A stretch of 64,000 nt of DNA, from contig MFDN01000001.1 in the NCBI GenBank assembly GCA_001776935.1, positions 229,449 to 293,448 of the forward strand, written 5' to 3'. The DNA comes from Candidatus Daviesbacteria bacterium RIFCSPLOWO2_01_FULL_39_23 (GTDB taxonomy: Bacteria > Patescibacteriota > Microgenomatia > Daviesbacterales > UBA10151). Shown here one piece after another: positions 1 to 9,830 of this stretch. The notes below the pieces were generated by a model. That model ran no database searches. It was not told the DNA's origin and was given only the letters and a program-made list of their open reading frames with translations. Every line of letters begins with the position of its first letter. The stretch's first letter is position 1. The translations under genes and the position numbers were made by a program.

Positions 1-1797
1 GTTATTTTATGTTTAATACTTATTGCCCTTGTTATTCCCTCTTTTTTTGCTTTTTTAGGTCTTAGCGAGACTGCATCTTCTGCGAAAAAATTGGTGGCTG
101 CATATAAAAGCCAAAATTTTGATGAGTTGAGAAAAGAAGTTTCGATTTCCAAAGGCGGTATGCAGAAAGCAAATATTTCCCTGGGTTTTTTGTTTTGGCT
201 GCGCGCTGTTCCCTTTCTTGGAGGGTATTACCAGGATGCCAAGAATTTTGTCGGCGCAGGTGTGGAGGAGCTTTCGGCTCTTGATAAAATTTTATCAAAT
301 TTGGAAAGCGAAAAAGAGAATCTGGGTTTTAACGGCCATCCCAAAAGCGGACCGGAAAGAGTTACGCAGGCCCTTGCTATTTTAAATAAATCCCTGCCTC
401 TTTTAGATAAAGTTGAAGGTAATTTGACTAAGGCTGCAAATTTAGTTGCAAATATTAATACGGAAAAATATCCGGAAAAGCTTAAGGGTAAAACAGTGAG
501 GAAAAATTTAGAGGTTTTAAAAAGCTTTATCCAGGGTGCTGCTGTTGCAGTCAGGGATGGCAAAGATGCATTGATGACTGCTCCTTTGTCGCTTGGGATA
601 CCAAGCGCGAAAAATTATCTGCTGCTTTTTCAAAATGATAAAGAGATTAGGCCGACCGGAGGATTTATGACGGCTTTTGCAACTCTGACAATAGAAAACG
701 GCCAGGTGAGCGCCACAACTTCTGATGATATTTACCGGCTTGATGAGAATCTGCTTAAAGTTTGTTTGACTAAGATTTGCCCTCTGACTCCTCCTGCGCC
801 GATTGTGAAATATTTACCTGAGGTTACAGGTAAGCCAAGGTCTGCATGGAGCATGAGAGATTCCAATATGTCGCCCGATGTGGCTACTTCTGCCAAAGAA
901 TTTGAAAGAATGTATCAGCTTTTAGGGGATGGGCTTCCTTTTGACGGGATAATTTTTATAGATTCGCAGGTTGTTGAAGAGTTGATTGAGGTTACAGGAC
1001 CGATAGATGTTTTGGGCACCAAATATTCGGGAGAAAAAGACCCAAGGTGTAATTGCCCCAATGTTATATATGAGCTGGAATCATATGCTGAGATTGCGGC
1101 AAAAGGAGAAAAAGACAGGAAGGCAATTTTAGGAGTTTTAATGCAGCAGATTTTAGCCCGTTCAATTGGGGCGGATGTTGAAAAAGTGCCGCAGCTTGTG
1201 GAAACTATAGCCAGGCTTGCAAACCACAAGCATGTTATTTTTTATATGCATGATTCTGCAGTGCAGAATTCTTTGGCAAAGCTTAATTGGACAGGAGAGA
1301 TTAAAGATTTTGACGGAGATTATCTGCATATTAATGATTCCAATTTTGCAGGAGGCAAATCTAATTTGTATGTTTTCCAAACAGTCACCCAGGAAATAGA
1401 TATACAAAAAGACGGAACGGCCAAGAAAAAAATTACTATTGAGTATAAAAATGACCAGCCTTTTGGAATCTGGTTAAACGGGATAAACAGGGATTATGTC
1501 AGGCTGTATGTGCCCGAGGGCAGCAAGCTGATTTCTTCCAAAGGATCGGAAGATCCGGTTGGTGCAACTTCTGAGTTGGGCAAAACAGTTTTTGAAGCAT
1601 TTGTTCAGATCAGGCCGCAGAATACCAGAAAACTGGAAATAGAATATTCCCTTCCCTACTCACCAAAGGGAGAGTATAACTTAATGGTTCAAAAACAGCC
1701 GGGAGCTAAAGATTTCCGCTACATTATTAAAATTAACGGAGCGAAAAAGGCCGACTTTTTGCTTGATACTGATAAGGAATTTAAAATTAAAATTTAA
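1..1797 (+). CDS. DUF4012-like membrane-anchored protein, 5'-partial (frame open from base 1)
   Basis: Frame 1 has no stop from position 1 to the annotated Met at 91. The upstream residues VILCLILIALVIPSFFAFLGL form a transmembrane helix. The motif LLLFQNDKEIRPTGGFMTAF resembles the DUF4012 QN..E.RPTGG signature. Confidence 0.45.
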   Translation, partial: VILCLILIALVIPSFFAFLGLSETASSAKKLVAAYKSQNFDELRKEVSISKGGMQKANISLGFLFWLRAVPFLGGYYQDAKNFVGAGVEELSALDKILSNLESEKENLGFNGHPKSGPERVTQALAILNKSLPLLDKVEGNLTKAANLVANINTEKYPEKLKGKTVRKNLEVLKSFIQGAAVAVRDGKDALMTAPLSLGIPSAKNYLLLFQNDKEIRPTGGFMTAFATLTIENGQVSATTSDDIYRLDENLLKVCLTKICPLTPPAPIVKYLPEVTGKPRSAWSMRDSNMSPDVATSAKEFERMYQLLGDGLPFDGIIFIDSQVVEELIEVTGPIDVLGTKYSGEKDPRCNCPNVIYELESYAEIAAKGEKDRKAILGVLMQQILARSIGADVEKVPQLVETIARLANHKHVIFYMHDSAVQNSLAKLNWTGEIKDFDGDYLHINDSNFAGGKSNLYVFQTVTQEIDIQKDGTAKKKITIEYKNDQPFGIWLNGINRDYVRLYVPEGSKLISSKGSEDPVGATSELGKTVFEAFVQIRPQNTRKLEIEYSLPYSPKGEYNLMVQKQPGAKDFRYIIKINGAKKADFLLDTDKEFKIKI

Positions 1798-1817
1798 CCG
1801 GGGATAAGACCCTTACG

Positions 1818-2462
1818 ATGCATGGAATTAAAGTTGAGGGGATTATTTTAAAGAGGCGAAATTTGGGGGAAGCTGACAGGATTTTAACCGTATTAACGCT
1901 TCAAAAAGGCAAAATTTCCGTTTTGGCAAAAGGGGTAAGAAGGATCGCCTCAAGGCGGGCCGGAAATGTAGAGCTTTTAAACCGGTGTTTGTTATATTTG
2001 CATCAGGCAAAAACTTTTTTGATTTTAACTGAGGCAAGCAGCATAGATACTTATCAAAAATTAAAAGAGGATTTAACTTTATCCACCTATGCTTTTCATA
2101 TCATAGAGCTTGTTGATAAGCTTACTGCGGAAAACCAGGAAAACAGTATTCTGTATGAGAATTTAGTGTACGTTTTGCAAAAACTTTCCAGAAACCCCCG
2201 GCAGATTTTTGTGCGTGCATTTGAAGCAAAAATACTTTCGCTTATGGGCTTTGTTAATTTTCAGGAAGGTTTGCAGCTTGATGGTGTGAATATAAAAATT
2301 ATTAATCTATTAAAAAGCCTGGAGAGTATGTCGTGGGATGGGATTGAGAAGCTAAAAATAGAAGAAAAAGAGGCTATGGAACTTGAGATTGTCTTACGGT
2401 ATCATATTGAAAGAGTGATTGAAGGGAGGTTAAAGAGTAGACAATTATTGAGGAAGATATAA
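1818..2462 (+). CDS. recO: DNA repair protein RecO (short form)
   Basis: N-terminal OB-fold pattern EGIILKRRNLGEADRILTVLT...GKISVLAKGVRR is typical of RecO. Confidence 0.65.
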   Translation: MHGIKVEGIILKRRNLGEADRILTVLTLQKGKISVLAKGVRRIASRRAGNVELLNRCLLYLHQAKTFLILTEASSIDTYQKLKEDLTLSTYAFHIIELVDKLTAENQENSILYENLVYVLQKLSRNPRQIFVRAFEAKILSLMGFVNFQEGLQLDGVNIKIINLLKSLESMSWDGIEKLKIEEKEAMELEIVLRYHIERVIEGRLKSRQLLRKI

Positions 2463-2480
2463 TGCTGACTGCTGCTGCCT

Positions 2481-2552
2481 GGCTCGTCGCGGTCACAAAG
2501 CACCGTTCGACTAGAAGGTCTGAAACATTAACTCTATCTCTAGTCTCACTAT
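2481..2552. repeat. intergenic repeat copy A (core CCGTTCGACTAG...TCTCTAGTCTCACT)
   Basis: About 37 of 49 positions are identical to copy B at 9691-9739. Similarity also extends upstream (GCTCGTCGCGGTCACAAAGCACC vs GCTCGTTTGGTCGCAAAAAACC). Confidence 0.6.
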
Positions 2553-2669
2553 ATGAGTATTTTGTGAATTAGTATTGCACACAAAATCCTCAAATTGCTT
2601 TGATAGACTCGCGACTTCGCAGGCGCTATAAGATTCTATCGCTTTAGAAGGGAATCAATATAAATAATT

Positions 2670-3977
2670 ATGGATAATAACTTAATGGATAAAGTTGTAG
2701 CACTTTGTAAAAGGAGAGGATTTGTATTTCCCGGCTCTGAAATTTATGGAGGGCTTGCTAATTCATGGGATTATGGTCCTTTAGGGGTTGAGCTTAAAAA
2801 CAATATCAAACAGGCTTGGTGGAAAAGGTTTGTTCAGCTTAGGGAGGATATTGTGGGGATTGATGCGGCTTTGGTTATGAATCCAAAAGTTTGGGAGGCA
2901 TCCGGCCACATTGCAAACTTTACAGATCCTTTGGTGGAATGTAAAAAATGCCACGGACGGTTCAGGGCAGATCAAATCAGTGAAGGGATTTGTCCGGGCT
3001 GCGGAGCAAAAGATTCTTTTACAGGAGAACGGATGTTTAACTTGATGTTTAAAACATTTATCGGCCCGGCAGAAGAGTCTTCTAATACTGCTTACTTCCG
3101 GCCGGAAACTGCCCAGGCAATGTTTGTGGATTTCAGAAGCGTTTTGGATACTACCAGGATGAGAATTCCTTTCGGAATCGCCCAAATCGGTAAAGCTTTC
3201 AGGAACGAAATTACTCCCGGAAATTTTATTTTCCGCACACGCGAATTTGAGCAAATGGAGATTGAATATTTTATTCCGCCTCCGCAAAATGACAGCGATT
3301 GGCAGGGGGTATTTGAGCATTGGAAGAAAGAGATGGTTAGTTGGATCCGCGATGATCTGGGAGCGGATATGAGTAAAGTGCATGAGCAGGAAATAGAGGC
3401 AGCTGACAGGGCCCATTATTCAAAAAGGACTGTTGATTTTGAATATGATTTTCCGTTTGGAACAAGCGAGCTTTACGGACTTGCATACCGGACTGATTTT
3501 GATTTACAAAATCATCAAAAATTCTCCGGACAAAATTTAAGTTACCGGGATCCGGACAGCGGCGAGGAGTTTATACCGCATGTTATAGAGCCGACATGGG
3601 GAGTGGACAGATCAGTGCTTGTGGCGCTTCTTTCCGCATATTGCGAAAAAGAAGGAAAGGTGATTTTAAAGCTAAGACCTAAGCTTGCGCCGTTTAAAGC
3701 GGCAGTTTTCCCGCTTCTTGCAAATAAACCGGAACTTGCTGCGCTGGCGCGTAAGATTTATCTTGACCTGAAAGCAGATTTCATGATAGCGTGGGATGAT
3801 AGGGGTAATATCGGAAAAAGATATGCATCCCAGGATGAAATCGGTACGCCTTTTTGCATTACAGTTGATTTTCAAAGCCTGGAAGATAAGATGGTGACAG
3901 TAAGAGACAGGGATAGCGCAAAGCAGGACAGGGTAAAGATTGAGGAAATTAAAAATTATTTAGCTCAGAGAATTTGA
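2670..3977 (+). CDS. glyQS: glycine--tRNA ligase (dimeric GlyQS type)
   Basis: 435 aa. The N-terminus GFVFPGSEIYGGLANSWDYGPLG and the class II motifs match GlyRS. Confidence 0.85.
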   Translation: MDNNLMDKVVALCKRRGFVFPGSEIYGGLANSWDYGPLGVELKNNIKQAWWKRFVQLREDIVGIDAALVMNPKVWEASGHIANFTDPLVECKKCHGRFRADQISEGICPGCGAKDSFTGERMFNLMFKTFIGPAEESSNTAYFRPETAQAMFVDFRSVLDTTRMRIPFGIAQIGKAFRNEITPGNFIFRTREFEQMEIEYFIPPPQNDSDWQGVFEHWKKEMVSWIRDDLGADMSKVHEQEIEAADRAHYSKRTVDFEYDFPFGTSELYGLAYRTDFDLQNHQKFSGQNLSYRDPDSGEEFIPHVIEPTWGVDRSVLVALLSAYCEKEGKVILKLRPKLAPFKAAVFPLLANKPELAALARKIYLDLKADFMIAWDDRGNIGKRYASQDEIGTPFCITVDFQSLEDKMVTVRDRDSAKQDRVKIEEIKNYLAQRI

Positions 3978-3987
3978 TATCTGCCAT

Positions 3988-4884
3988 ATGGATAAGTTAA
4001 AAAGCCTTATTTTTCTTCATAAAGCTACGGTGATTTTAGCAATAGTTCTTATTCTTGTTGCTGTTGGGGGAGTATACGCTTTTGGAAGATTTACCTCTAA
4101 GTCCGAGGGTCCTCTTGAGGAGGTGGATATTTCGTTTGATGCAGAGGGACCTTATGCCGCGCTTTTTCCCAGAAGAGACGGAAATGCACTGGTGTTAAAT
4201 CTTAAAAGAACAGGATCTTATGATGGTATTTCTTATGAGCTTGCCTACACCAGCAAAGCAGACGAGACAGTGGTTGCAGGCAGTAAGATATCAGATGATG
4301 AAGATAATAAAAATAGTTTGGATACCATTGACAGGGGAGTGGTAGGTAATATTGACACCAAGGAGAAAAAGGGTGAGTATGAGCAGGAAATTTTGTTCGG
4401 CAGCTGCAGCAAGAATGTTTGTAAATATGATAAAGGAGTGGAAAACGGGACTTTGACTTTGCATATTAAAAAAGGCAATAAGGCTTACCGGATGATTACA
4501 CAATGGCATTTGCAAAAGCCGGATGTGGCTTTAGGAAGGTTAACCTCCGGAGATGAGCATCTTGTTTATGAGGTTGAAGGAGACAGACAAGTCCTTTCCA
4601 ATATCGGGTTTACAATTATTAATGATTTAACAGGAGTGCCTAAGCTTCCTTCAGCAAAAATCGTTTTAGGTAAAGTTTATTCATTGAATGTACCTATTGC
4701 TAAACAGCTGCCTGCAGGACTTATAAGTTTAGAGCTTGCAGAGAATCCGTCGGCCGGTGCAAAGCTATACCGCTACAACGGAAGCAAAAGCGAGTGGCAG
4801 GAACTCTCTACAAAAATAGAGGGCAGTAAATTATCCGCCAAGGCAGATGGAGCAGGAATATTTGCGGTGCTAGTCTCCAAGTAA
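3988..4884 (+). CDS. hypothetical membrane-anchored protein
   Basis: N-terminal transmembrane helix (ATVILAIVLILVAVGGVYAF). No recognisable domain. Confidence 0.35.
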   Translation: MDKLKSLIFLHKATVILAIVLILVAVGGVYAFGRFTSKSEGPLEEVDISFDAEGPYAALFPRRDGNALVLNLKRTGSYDGISYELAYTSKADETVVAGSKISDDEDNKNSLDTIDRGVVGNIDTKEKKGEYEQEILFGSCSKNVCKYDKGVENGTLTLHIKKGNKAYRMITQWHLQKPDVALGRLTSGDEHLVYEVEGDRQVLSNIGFTIINDLTGVPKLPSAKIVLGKVYSLNVPIAKQLPAGLISLELAENPSAGAKLYRYNGSKSEWQELSTKIEGSKLSAKADGAGIFAVLVSK

Positions 4885-4991
4885 AATTTTTATTCCTCTT
4901 CGACAAGCATATACTCTTTTAAAACTAGAAAATACCTCTTGACCCTTCGACTACTTCGACTCCCCTCAGTACAGGTTCGCTCAGGGTCTGC

Positions 4992-5019
4992 GGGGTAATT
5001 ATGTAATCGTAATTACCCC
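4992..5019. promoter_or_regulatory. perfect 10-bp inverted repeat hairpin (GGGGTAATTA-N8-TAATTACCCC) upstream of mraZ, followed by TTGACA
   Basis: The two arms are exact reverse complements. TTGACA lies at 5020-5025 immediately after. Confidence 0.5.
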
Positions 5020-5037
5020 TTGACAACTTCGTGTAAA

Positions 5038-5071
5038 ATGGCGGAAAATGGTTTTAGATGGTGAAAAATGG
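5038..5071 (+). promoter_or_regulatory. four direct ATGG (AAAATGG-like) repeats at exact 10-bp phasing; candidate MraZ operator / Pmra region
   Basis: ATGG occurs at 5038, 5048, 5058 and 5068 within aaATGGcggaaaATGGttttagATGGtgaaaaATGGtta. This is 32-65 nt upstream of the mraZ start codon. Confidence 0.5.
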
Positions 5072-5102
5072 TTAATATTCTGCCCAGATTAAGGATGTCC
5101 TT

Positions 5103-5516
5103 ATGTTCTTGGGCGAATATAAAACCAGCTTTTCCGGACGCGGCAGGATTGTCCTGCCAAAAAGAATGCGTTCGGAGCTTAAAGAAGAAAAAACAGTAAT
5201 CTTAAGTAAGGGATTTGAGAGTTGCATTTGGGGATTTACACAAAAAGGATTTGAAAAAGAGGCCGGCAAGCAGCTTGAAATTTCGGCAACAGAAGAACGG
5301 GCCAGGTATATGCGCAGATACCTATTTTCTGGCAGCGAATCAGTGGAGTTAGACGCTCAAGGTCGGATTATCATACCGTCTGCCCTGCTGGATTTTGCTA
5401 GCGTTAAAAAAGAAGTTGTTATTATTGGTGCGGGAGATCATTTTGAGATTTGGGATGTTAAGCGTTGGAAAAAGCATATCAGGAAGATTGAGAGGTCACA
5501 TGGTAGGATATCATAG
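5103..5516 (+). CDS. mraZ: transcriptional regulator MraZ
   Basis: MFLGEYKTSFSGRGRIVLPKRMR is a SpoVT/AbrB-type duplicated MraZ fold. The gene is first in the dcw cluster. Confidence 0.85.
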   Translation: MFLGEYKTSFSGRGRIVLPKRMRSELKEEKTVILSKGFESCIWGFTQKGFEKEAGKQLEISATEERARYMRRYLFSGSESVELDAQGRIIIPSALLDFASVKKEVVIIGAGDHFEIWDVKRWKKHIRKIERSHGRIS

Positions 5517-6414
5517 GTCCGTTCTTTTGGAGGAAGCGATAAAAGCGCTTCACGTAAAAAAAGGGGAGTGGTATTTAGATTGCACCTTGGGTGATGGGGG
5601 CCATACTTTAGAGATTTTAAAGCAGGGCGGAAAAGTAATCGGAATGGATGTTGACCCGCAAGCTTTAAAAAGAGCAAAGGAAAGGCTATGTGATTTGGGG
5701 TATTTTGAAGACCAGGGATTAAGGTTAGTACAGGGAAATTTTAGAGACTTAGAAAATATCATATCGCAGACGGAATCTGGCGATCAGAAATTTGCAAGCG
5801 TCAAGTCAAACTTGGCAGGTGCAATTTTTGATCTCGGGGTTTCCAGTTTGCAACTTGAAAGCCCCGAAAGGGGTTTTTCTTTTGGAATGATGGGACCTTT
5901 AGATATGAGGATGGATCCGACTTTGGCAGTACGGGCTTTGGATCTTTTGAACAGTTTATCAAGAAAGGAGCTTTATGAAATATTTAACCAGCTGGGTGAA
6001 GAAAAATATTCTTGGCGTTTGGCTAATGCTTTGGTGCTCGCCCGTGAAGTAAAGCCTTTTACAAATACTTTGGAGCTTTCAAAAGCTGTAGAGAAGGTGG
6101 TAGGCGGGAAAAGGGAGAAAATTCATCCGGCCACAAGGGTGTTTCAGGCTTTGAGGATGACGGTGAATGATGAGCTGGGCGCTTTAAAAGAAGGCTTGGA
6201 TAAAGTTAGAAATGAAATAAAAAAAGATGGCTACATTGTTGTTATTAGTTTTCACTCATTGGAGGACCGGATCGTTAAAAATACTTTTAGAGAGTGGCAG
6301 TTTGCGGGATTTGGTGAGGTTTTAACTAAAAAACCAATAGTTCCAACTGAGAAAGAAGTTGTAGATAATCCCAGATCCAGATCTGCAAAAATGAGGGTGT
6401 TCAAAAGGAGCTAA
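5500..6414 (+). CDS. rsmH: 16S rRNA (cytosine1402-N4)-methyltransferase RsmH/MraW
   Basis: MVGYHRSVLLEEAI...LDCTLGDGGHT matches the RsmH SAM-binding motif. The ATG at 5500 overlaps the mraZ end, and the upstream part of the six-frame ORF is overlap read-through. Confidence 0.85.
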   Translation: MVGYHRSVLLEEAIKALHVKKGEWYLDCTLGDGGHTLEILKQGGKVIGMDVDPQALKRAKERLCDLGYFEDQGLRLVQGNFRDLENIISQTESGDQKFASVKSNLAGAIFDLGVSSLQLESPERGFSFGMMGPLDMRMDPTLAVRALDLLNSLSRKELYEIFNQLGEEKYSWRLANALVLAREVKPFTNTLELSKAVEKVVGGKREKIHPATRVFQALRMTVNDELGALKEGLDKVRNEIKKDGYIVVISFHSLEDRIVKNTFREWQFAGFGEVLTKKPIVPTEKEVVDNPRSRSAKMRVFKRS

Positions 6415-6419
6415 TCGCT

Positions 6420-6716
6420 ATGACAATTATTAAAAAATTTGAGCCGGCTGAACCAAGAAAAACATTCTCAAAAAAATATATCGCCCTTGTGGTGATCAGT
6501 CTTTTTGTGCTGATGGTGATTGAGATTTGGGCAAATAATAATGTGGCGGTTTATGGCGAGAAACTTCAGAAATTATCTTTTTTACAAAAAACCTTAAATT
6601 TGGAAAACCAGATTTTAGAAAATGAAATAGCTAAGCAGGTTTCCTTAACAAATGTTGCCTCAAAATCTGCAGAGCTTGGTTTTTCAAAGCCCGAGAGTAT
6701 ACAATATATTCGCTGA
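6420..6716 (+). CDS. ftsL: FtsL-like cell division protein
   Basis: 98 aa with a single transmembrane helix plus a coiled coil. It sits between rsmH and ftsI. Confidence 0.5.
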   Translation: MTIIKKFEPAEPRKTFSKKYIALVVISLFVLMVIEIWANNNVAVYGEKLQKLSFLQKTLNLENQILENEIAKQVSLTNVASKSAELGFSKPESIQYIR

Positions 6717-6730
6717 ATCTTTTTTCTTGT

Positions 6731-8437
6731 ATGCGAATATTCTGGGTAAAAACTATTCTTTTATTTTTTCTTTTTGCAATATGCATACGCTTATTCTATT
6801 GGCAGGTAGTGAGAGCGGAATTTTTGCAATCCCAGGCAGAGAATCAGCATTATAAAAATACAAAGATAGAAGCTGTCAGGGGTAATATCCTTTTTGCAGA
6901 CGGATCTATTTTAACTTCTTCCAACCCGGCGTTTTCTCTATATGGACTGCCAAAACAGCTTGATGATGAGCAAAAAGTAACCACTGCTTACCTTCTGGCA
7001 AAAGTTTTAACGGGGAAGCAAGAAGAAGTGGATGGTTTGGCAAAGGAAATAACAAATAAATTATCGCAGGATTTATATTGGGTTTTATTGAAAAGGAATA
7101 TCTCCCCAGACCAGAAAAAACAAATTGAGCAATTAAATTTAAAAGGAGTTGAGTTTGAAGGCAGCAGCGTCAGGTTTTATCCGGAAGGATCTTCCGCTGC
7201 GCATCTTTTAGGCTTTGTGGTGCCGGATACTAAAGACGCAGGTGCTTCCAAAGGATATTTTGGCTTGGAAGGATATTTTAACGGCGAACTCAAAGGAATT
7301 TCCGGGCTTTTAAGAAATGAACGGGATGCTTTGGGACTGCCAATACTTATTGGTAATTTTTTAGAGAGCCAGGCAAGCAATGGAAAGTCTTTAATTTTAA
7401 ATGTTAATCAGACAGTCCAGTTTATTGTGGAGGAATCTCTTAGGGCAGGAATAAAAAAGTACGGGGCAAAAAGCGGCTCTGTAGTGGTGATGGATCCAAA
7501 AACAGGGGGAATTTTGGCATTGGCTGCTTATCCAAGCTATGATCCTTTAACTTATTATGATTTTCCAAAAGAATATTTTAGAAACCCTATTGTGGCAGAC
7601 CAGTATGAACCGGGATCAACCTTTAAGGTTTTAGTATTGGCTGCTGCCTTAAACGAGGGATTAATCCGGCCGGATACAAAGTGTGATATTTGCTCAGGAC
7701 CTGTGTCTATCAGCGGTTTTACTATCAGGACTTGGAATAATAAGTATTATGCGGATACAACCATGAAAGATGTGATAGTTCACTCAGATAATACCGGAAT
7801 GGTGTTTGCGGGTAAAAAAATAGGGCTGGATAAATTTTATTCATACCTTGAAAATTTTGGTTTTGGTCAACCAACTAATATTGATTTGCAGGACGAAGCG
7901 TCTCCTGATATCAGGGTAAAAGAAGCCTGGAGAGAGATTGATTTGGCAACGGCCTCATTTGGACAGGGGATAGCAGTAACGCCGGTTCAGATGGTGAGAG
8001 CAATTTCTGCAATTGCCAACGGAGGAAATTTGATGGAGCCTCATGTTGTTAGCAAAGTTTTATCTGATGACGGCAAAAGCGTTTATGAAATAAAGCCAAA
8101 ATCAAAACAGGTTCTTAAGCCTGCGGTGGCTCAACAGGTTATGGAGATGATGGTGGCGGCTGTACAGGAAGGGGAGTCTAAATTTGTAAAACCAAAAGGC
8201 TTTAAAATTGCCGGTAAAACAGGAACGGCACAAATTCCGGTGGCAGGTCATTATGATCCTAATAAAACAATAGCCTCTTTTGTAGGCTTTGCTCCGGCTG
8301 ATGACCCGAAATTTGTCATGCTGGTGCGGTATGATGAGCCTTCTTCTTCTATTTTCGGATCGGAAACTGCCGCCCCCACTTTTTTTGAGATAGCAAAACA
8401 ACTGCTTTTATATTATAAGATTGCACCTTCTGAATAG
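6731..8437 (+). CDS. ftsI: penicillin-binding protein 2/3 transpeptidase (FtsI)
   Basis: N-terminal transmembrane helix and the motifs STFK, HSDN and KTGT. Confidence 0.8.
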   Translation: MRIFWVKTILLFFLFAICIRLFYWQVVRAEFLQSQAENQHYKNTKIEAVRGNILFADGSILTSSNPAFSLYGLPKQLDDEQKVTTAYLLAKVLTGKQEEVDGLAKEITNKLSQDLYWVLLKRNISPDQKKQIEQLNLKGVEFEGSSVRFYPEGSSAAHLLGFVVPDTKDAGASKGYFGLEGYFNGELKGISGLLRNERDALGLPILIGNFLESQASNGKSLILNVNQTVQFIVEESLRAGIKKYGAKSGSVVVMDPKTGGILALAAYPSYDPLTYYDFPKEYFRNPIVADQYEPGSTFKVLVLAAALNEGLIRPDTKCDICSGPVSISGFTIRTWNNKYYADTTMKDVIVHSDNTGMVFAGKKIGLDKFYSYLENFGFGQPTNIDLQDEASPDIRVKEAWREIDLATASFGQGIAVTPVQMVRAISAIANGGNLMEPHVVSKVLSDDGKSVYEIKPKSKQVLKPAVAQQVMEMMVAAVQEGESKFVKPKGFKIAGKTGTAQIPVAGHYDPNKTIASFVGFAPADDPKFVMLVRYDEPSSSIFGSETAAPTFFEIAKQLLLYYKIAPSE

Positions 8438-8481
8438 TGCAATGAGTATAAAAAAATAAGCGTTGCGTTATAATACCCATA

Positions 8482-9702
8482 ATGAAGACACTGGTTAAAG
8501 CTTTTATTCCGCAGAGAGTGATTAATAATCTATATCATCTTCCCAAAGCGGCATTGGCAAATATAATTTATCGTTCCTCTGCCCCGGGAGGACTAAAAAT
8601 TATCGGCGTGAGCGGGACTGACGGGAAGACTACCACAGTGAATATGATTTACCAGATCTTAAAAACTGCCGGTAAAAAGGTTTCAATGATTTCTACGGTT
8701 TGCGCCGTAATTGGAGGGAAAATTTATGACACCGGATTTCATGTGACTTCTCCGGATCCGTTTAAGGTGCAGAAATTTATCAAGCTTGCAAAAGAAAATG
8801 GTGATGAATATTTAGTGCTTGAAGTGACTTCGCATGCTTTGGACCAGTACAGGTTTTGGGGGATAAAATTTGATATTGGCGTCATAACCAATGTTGCTCA
8901 CGAACACCTTGATTATCATAAAACGCAGGAAAATTATTTAAAAACCAAACTTAAACTGATTGAAAACTGTGAGTTTGCCATTTTAAACCAGTCAGTAAAA
9001 GGAAAGGGGAAGAAAGTGGTCACTTTTGGATTGAGTGCAGGAGATCTGAATCAAAAACAGGTGGGATTAAAATTGAAAATGCCAGGTGATTATAATATTG
9101 AGAATGCTTTAGCAGCTTTATCCGTGGCGTTTGCTTTAAATATAAATAAAGATATAGCACGAAGAGCTTTGGAGAGTTTTACAGGTGTGACAGGCAGAAT
9201 GGAGGAAATAGAAAATAACAGGGGAATTAGAATTTTTATTGATTTTGCCCATACTCCCAATGCTTTGGAACAGGTTTTGAAATCCTTAAGGGAACAGGCT
9301 AAGGGTAGATTGATTGCGGTTTTTGGGTCTGCCGGCAAAAGAGATGTCAAGAAAAGGAGCTTAATGGGAAGGGCGGGCGGAGAGCTTGCAGATATCGTAA
9401 TAGTGACAGCAGAAGATCCAAGGGGAGAGCTTGAGATTATAAACAGACAGGTTGTAAGCGGAGCAATAGAAGCAGGTAAAATTATGGAAAAAAATCTTTT
9501 TGTTGTTGAGGACAGAAGCCGGGCGATAGATTTTGCCATAAATAAAATTGCCAAAAAAGGAGATATTGTGGGTATTTTTGGCAAAGGGCATGAACAGTCT
9601 ATAAATTTGGATGGGAAAAAAGAAGTTCCATGGTCAGATAAGGAAGCGATAGAAAGTAGTTTGCGCAGCAGCTCGTTTGGTCGCAAAAAACCGTTCGACT
9701 AG
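8482..9702 (+). CDS. murE: UDP-N-acetylmuramoyl-tripeptide ligase MurE-like Mur ligase
   Basis: GVSGTDGKTTT P-loop, a DFAHTPNAL motif (MurE DYAHTPDAL) and EDPRGE (DNPR-like). Follows ftsI as expected. Confidence 0.7.
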   Translation: MKTLVKAFIPQRVINNLYHLPKAALANIIYRSSAPGGLKIIGVSGTDGKTTTVNMIYQILKTAGKKVSMISTVCAVIGGKIYDTGFHVTSPDPFKVQKFIKLAKENGDEYLVLEVTSHALDQYRFWGIKFDIGVITNVAHEHLDYHKTQENYLKTKLKLIENCEFAILNQSVKGKGKKVVTFGLSAGDLNQKQVGLKLKMPGDYNIENALAALSVAFALNINKDIARRALESFTGVTGRMEEIENNRGIRIFIDFAHTPNALEQVLKSLREQAKGRLIAVFGSAGKRDVKKRSLMGRAGGELADIVIVTAEDPRGELEIINRQVVSGAIEAGKIMEKNLFVVEDRSRAIDFAINKIAKKGDIVGIFGKGHEQSINLDGKKEVPWSDKEAIESSLRSSSFGRKKPFD

Positions 9703-9740
9703 GTAGTCTGAATAATTTAGATTCTCTCTAGTCTTACTTG
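9671..9740. repeat. intergenic repeat copy B; overlaps last ~10 codons and the TAG stop of murE
   Basis: Same element as 2481-2552. CCGTTCGACTAG at 9691-9702 supplies the murE stop codon. Confidence 0.6.
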
Positions 9741-9830
9741 AAGCTCGTCAATCGAAGCAGGACTGCACGATTGACTCGCCACATTTTTTGGCTGACTCAA
9801 ACTTCGCTGCTGACCGTATTTACGACTTAT

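Noticed and set aside
9090-9686. 198-aa antisense ORF within murE (similar antisense ORFs occur in glyQS, ftsI, ileS and the ABC permease)
   Set aside because: All are nested antisense to genes with strong family motifs, and their low-complexity composition fits spurious ORFs.
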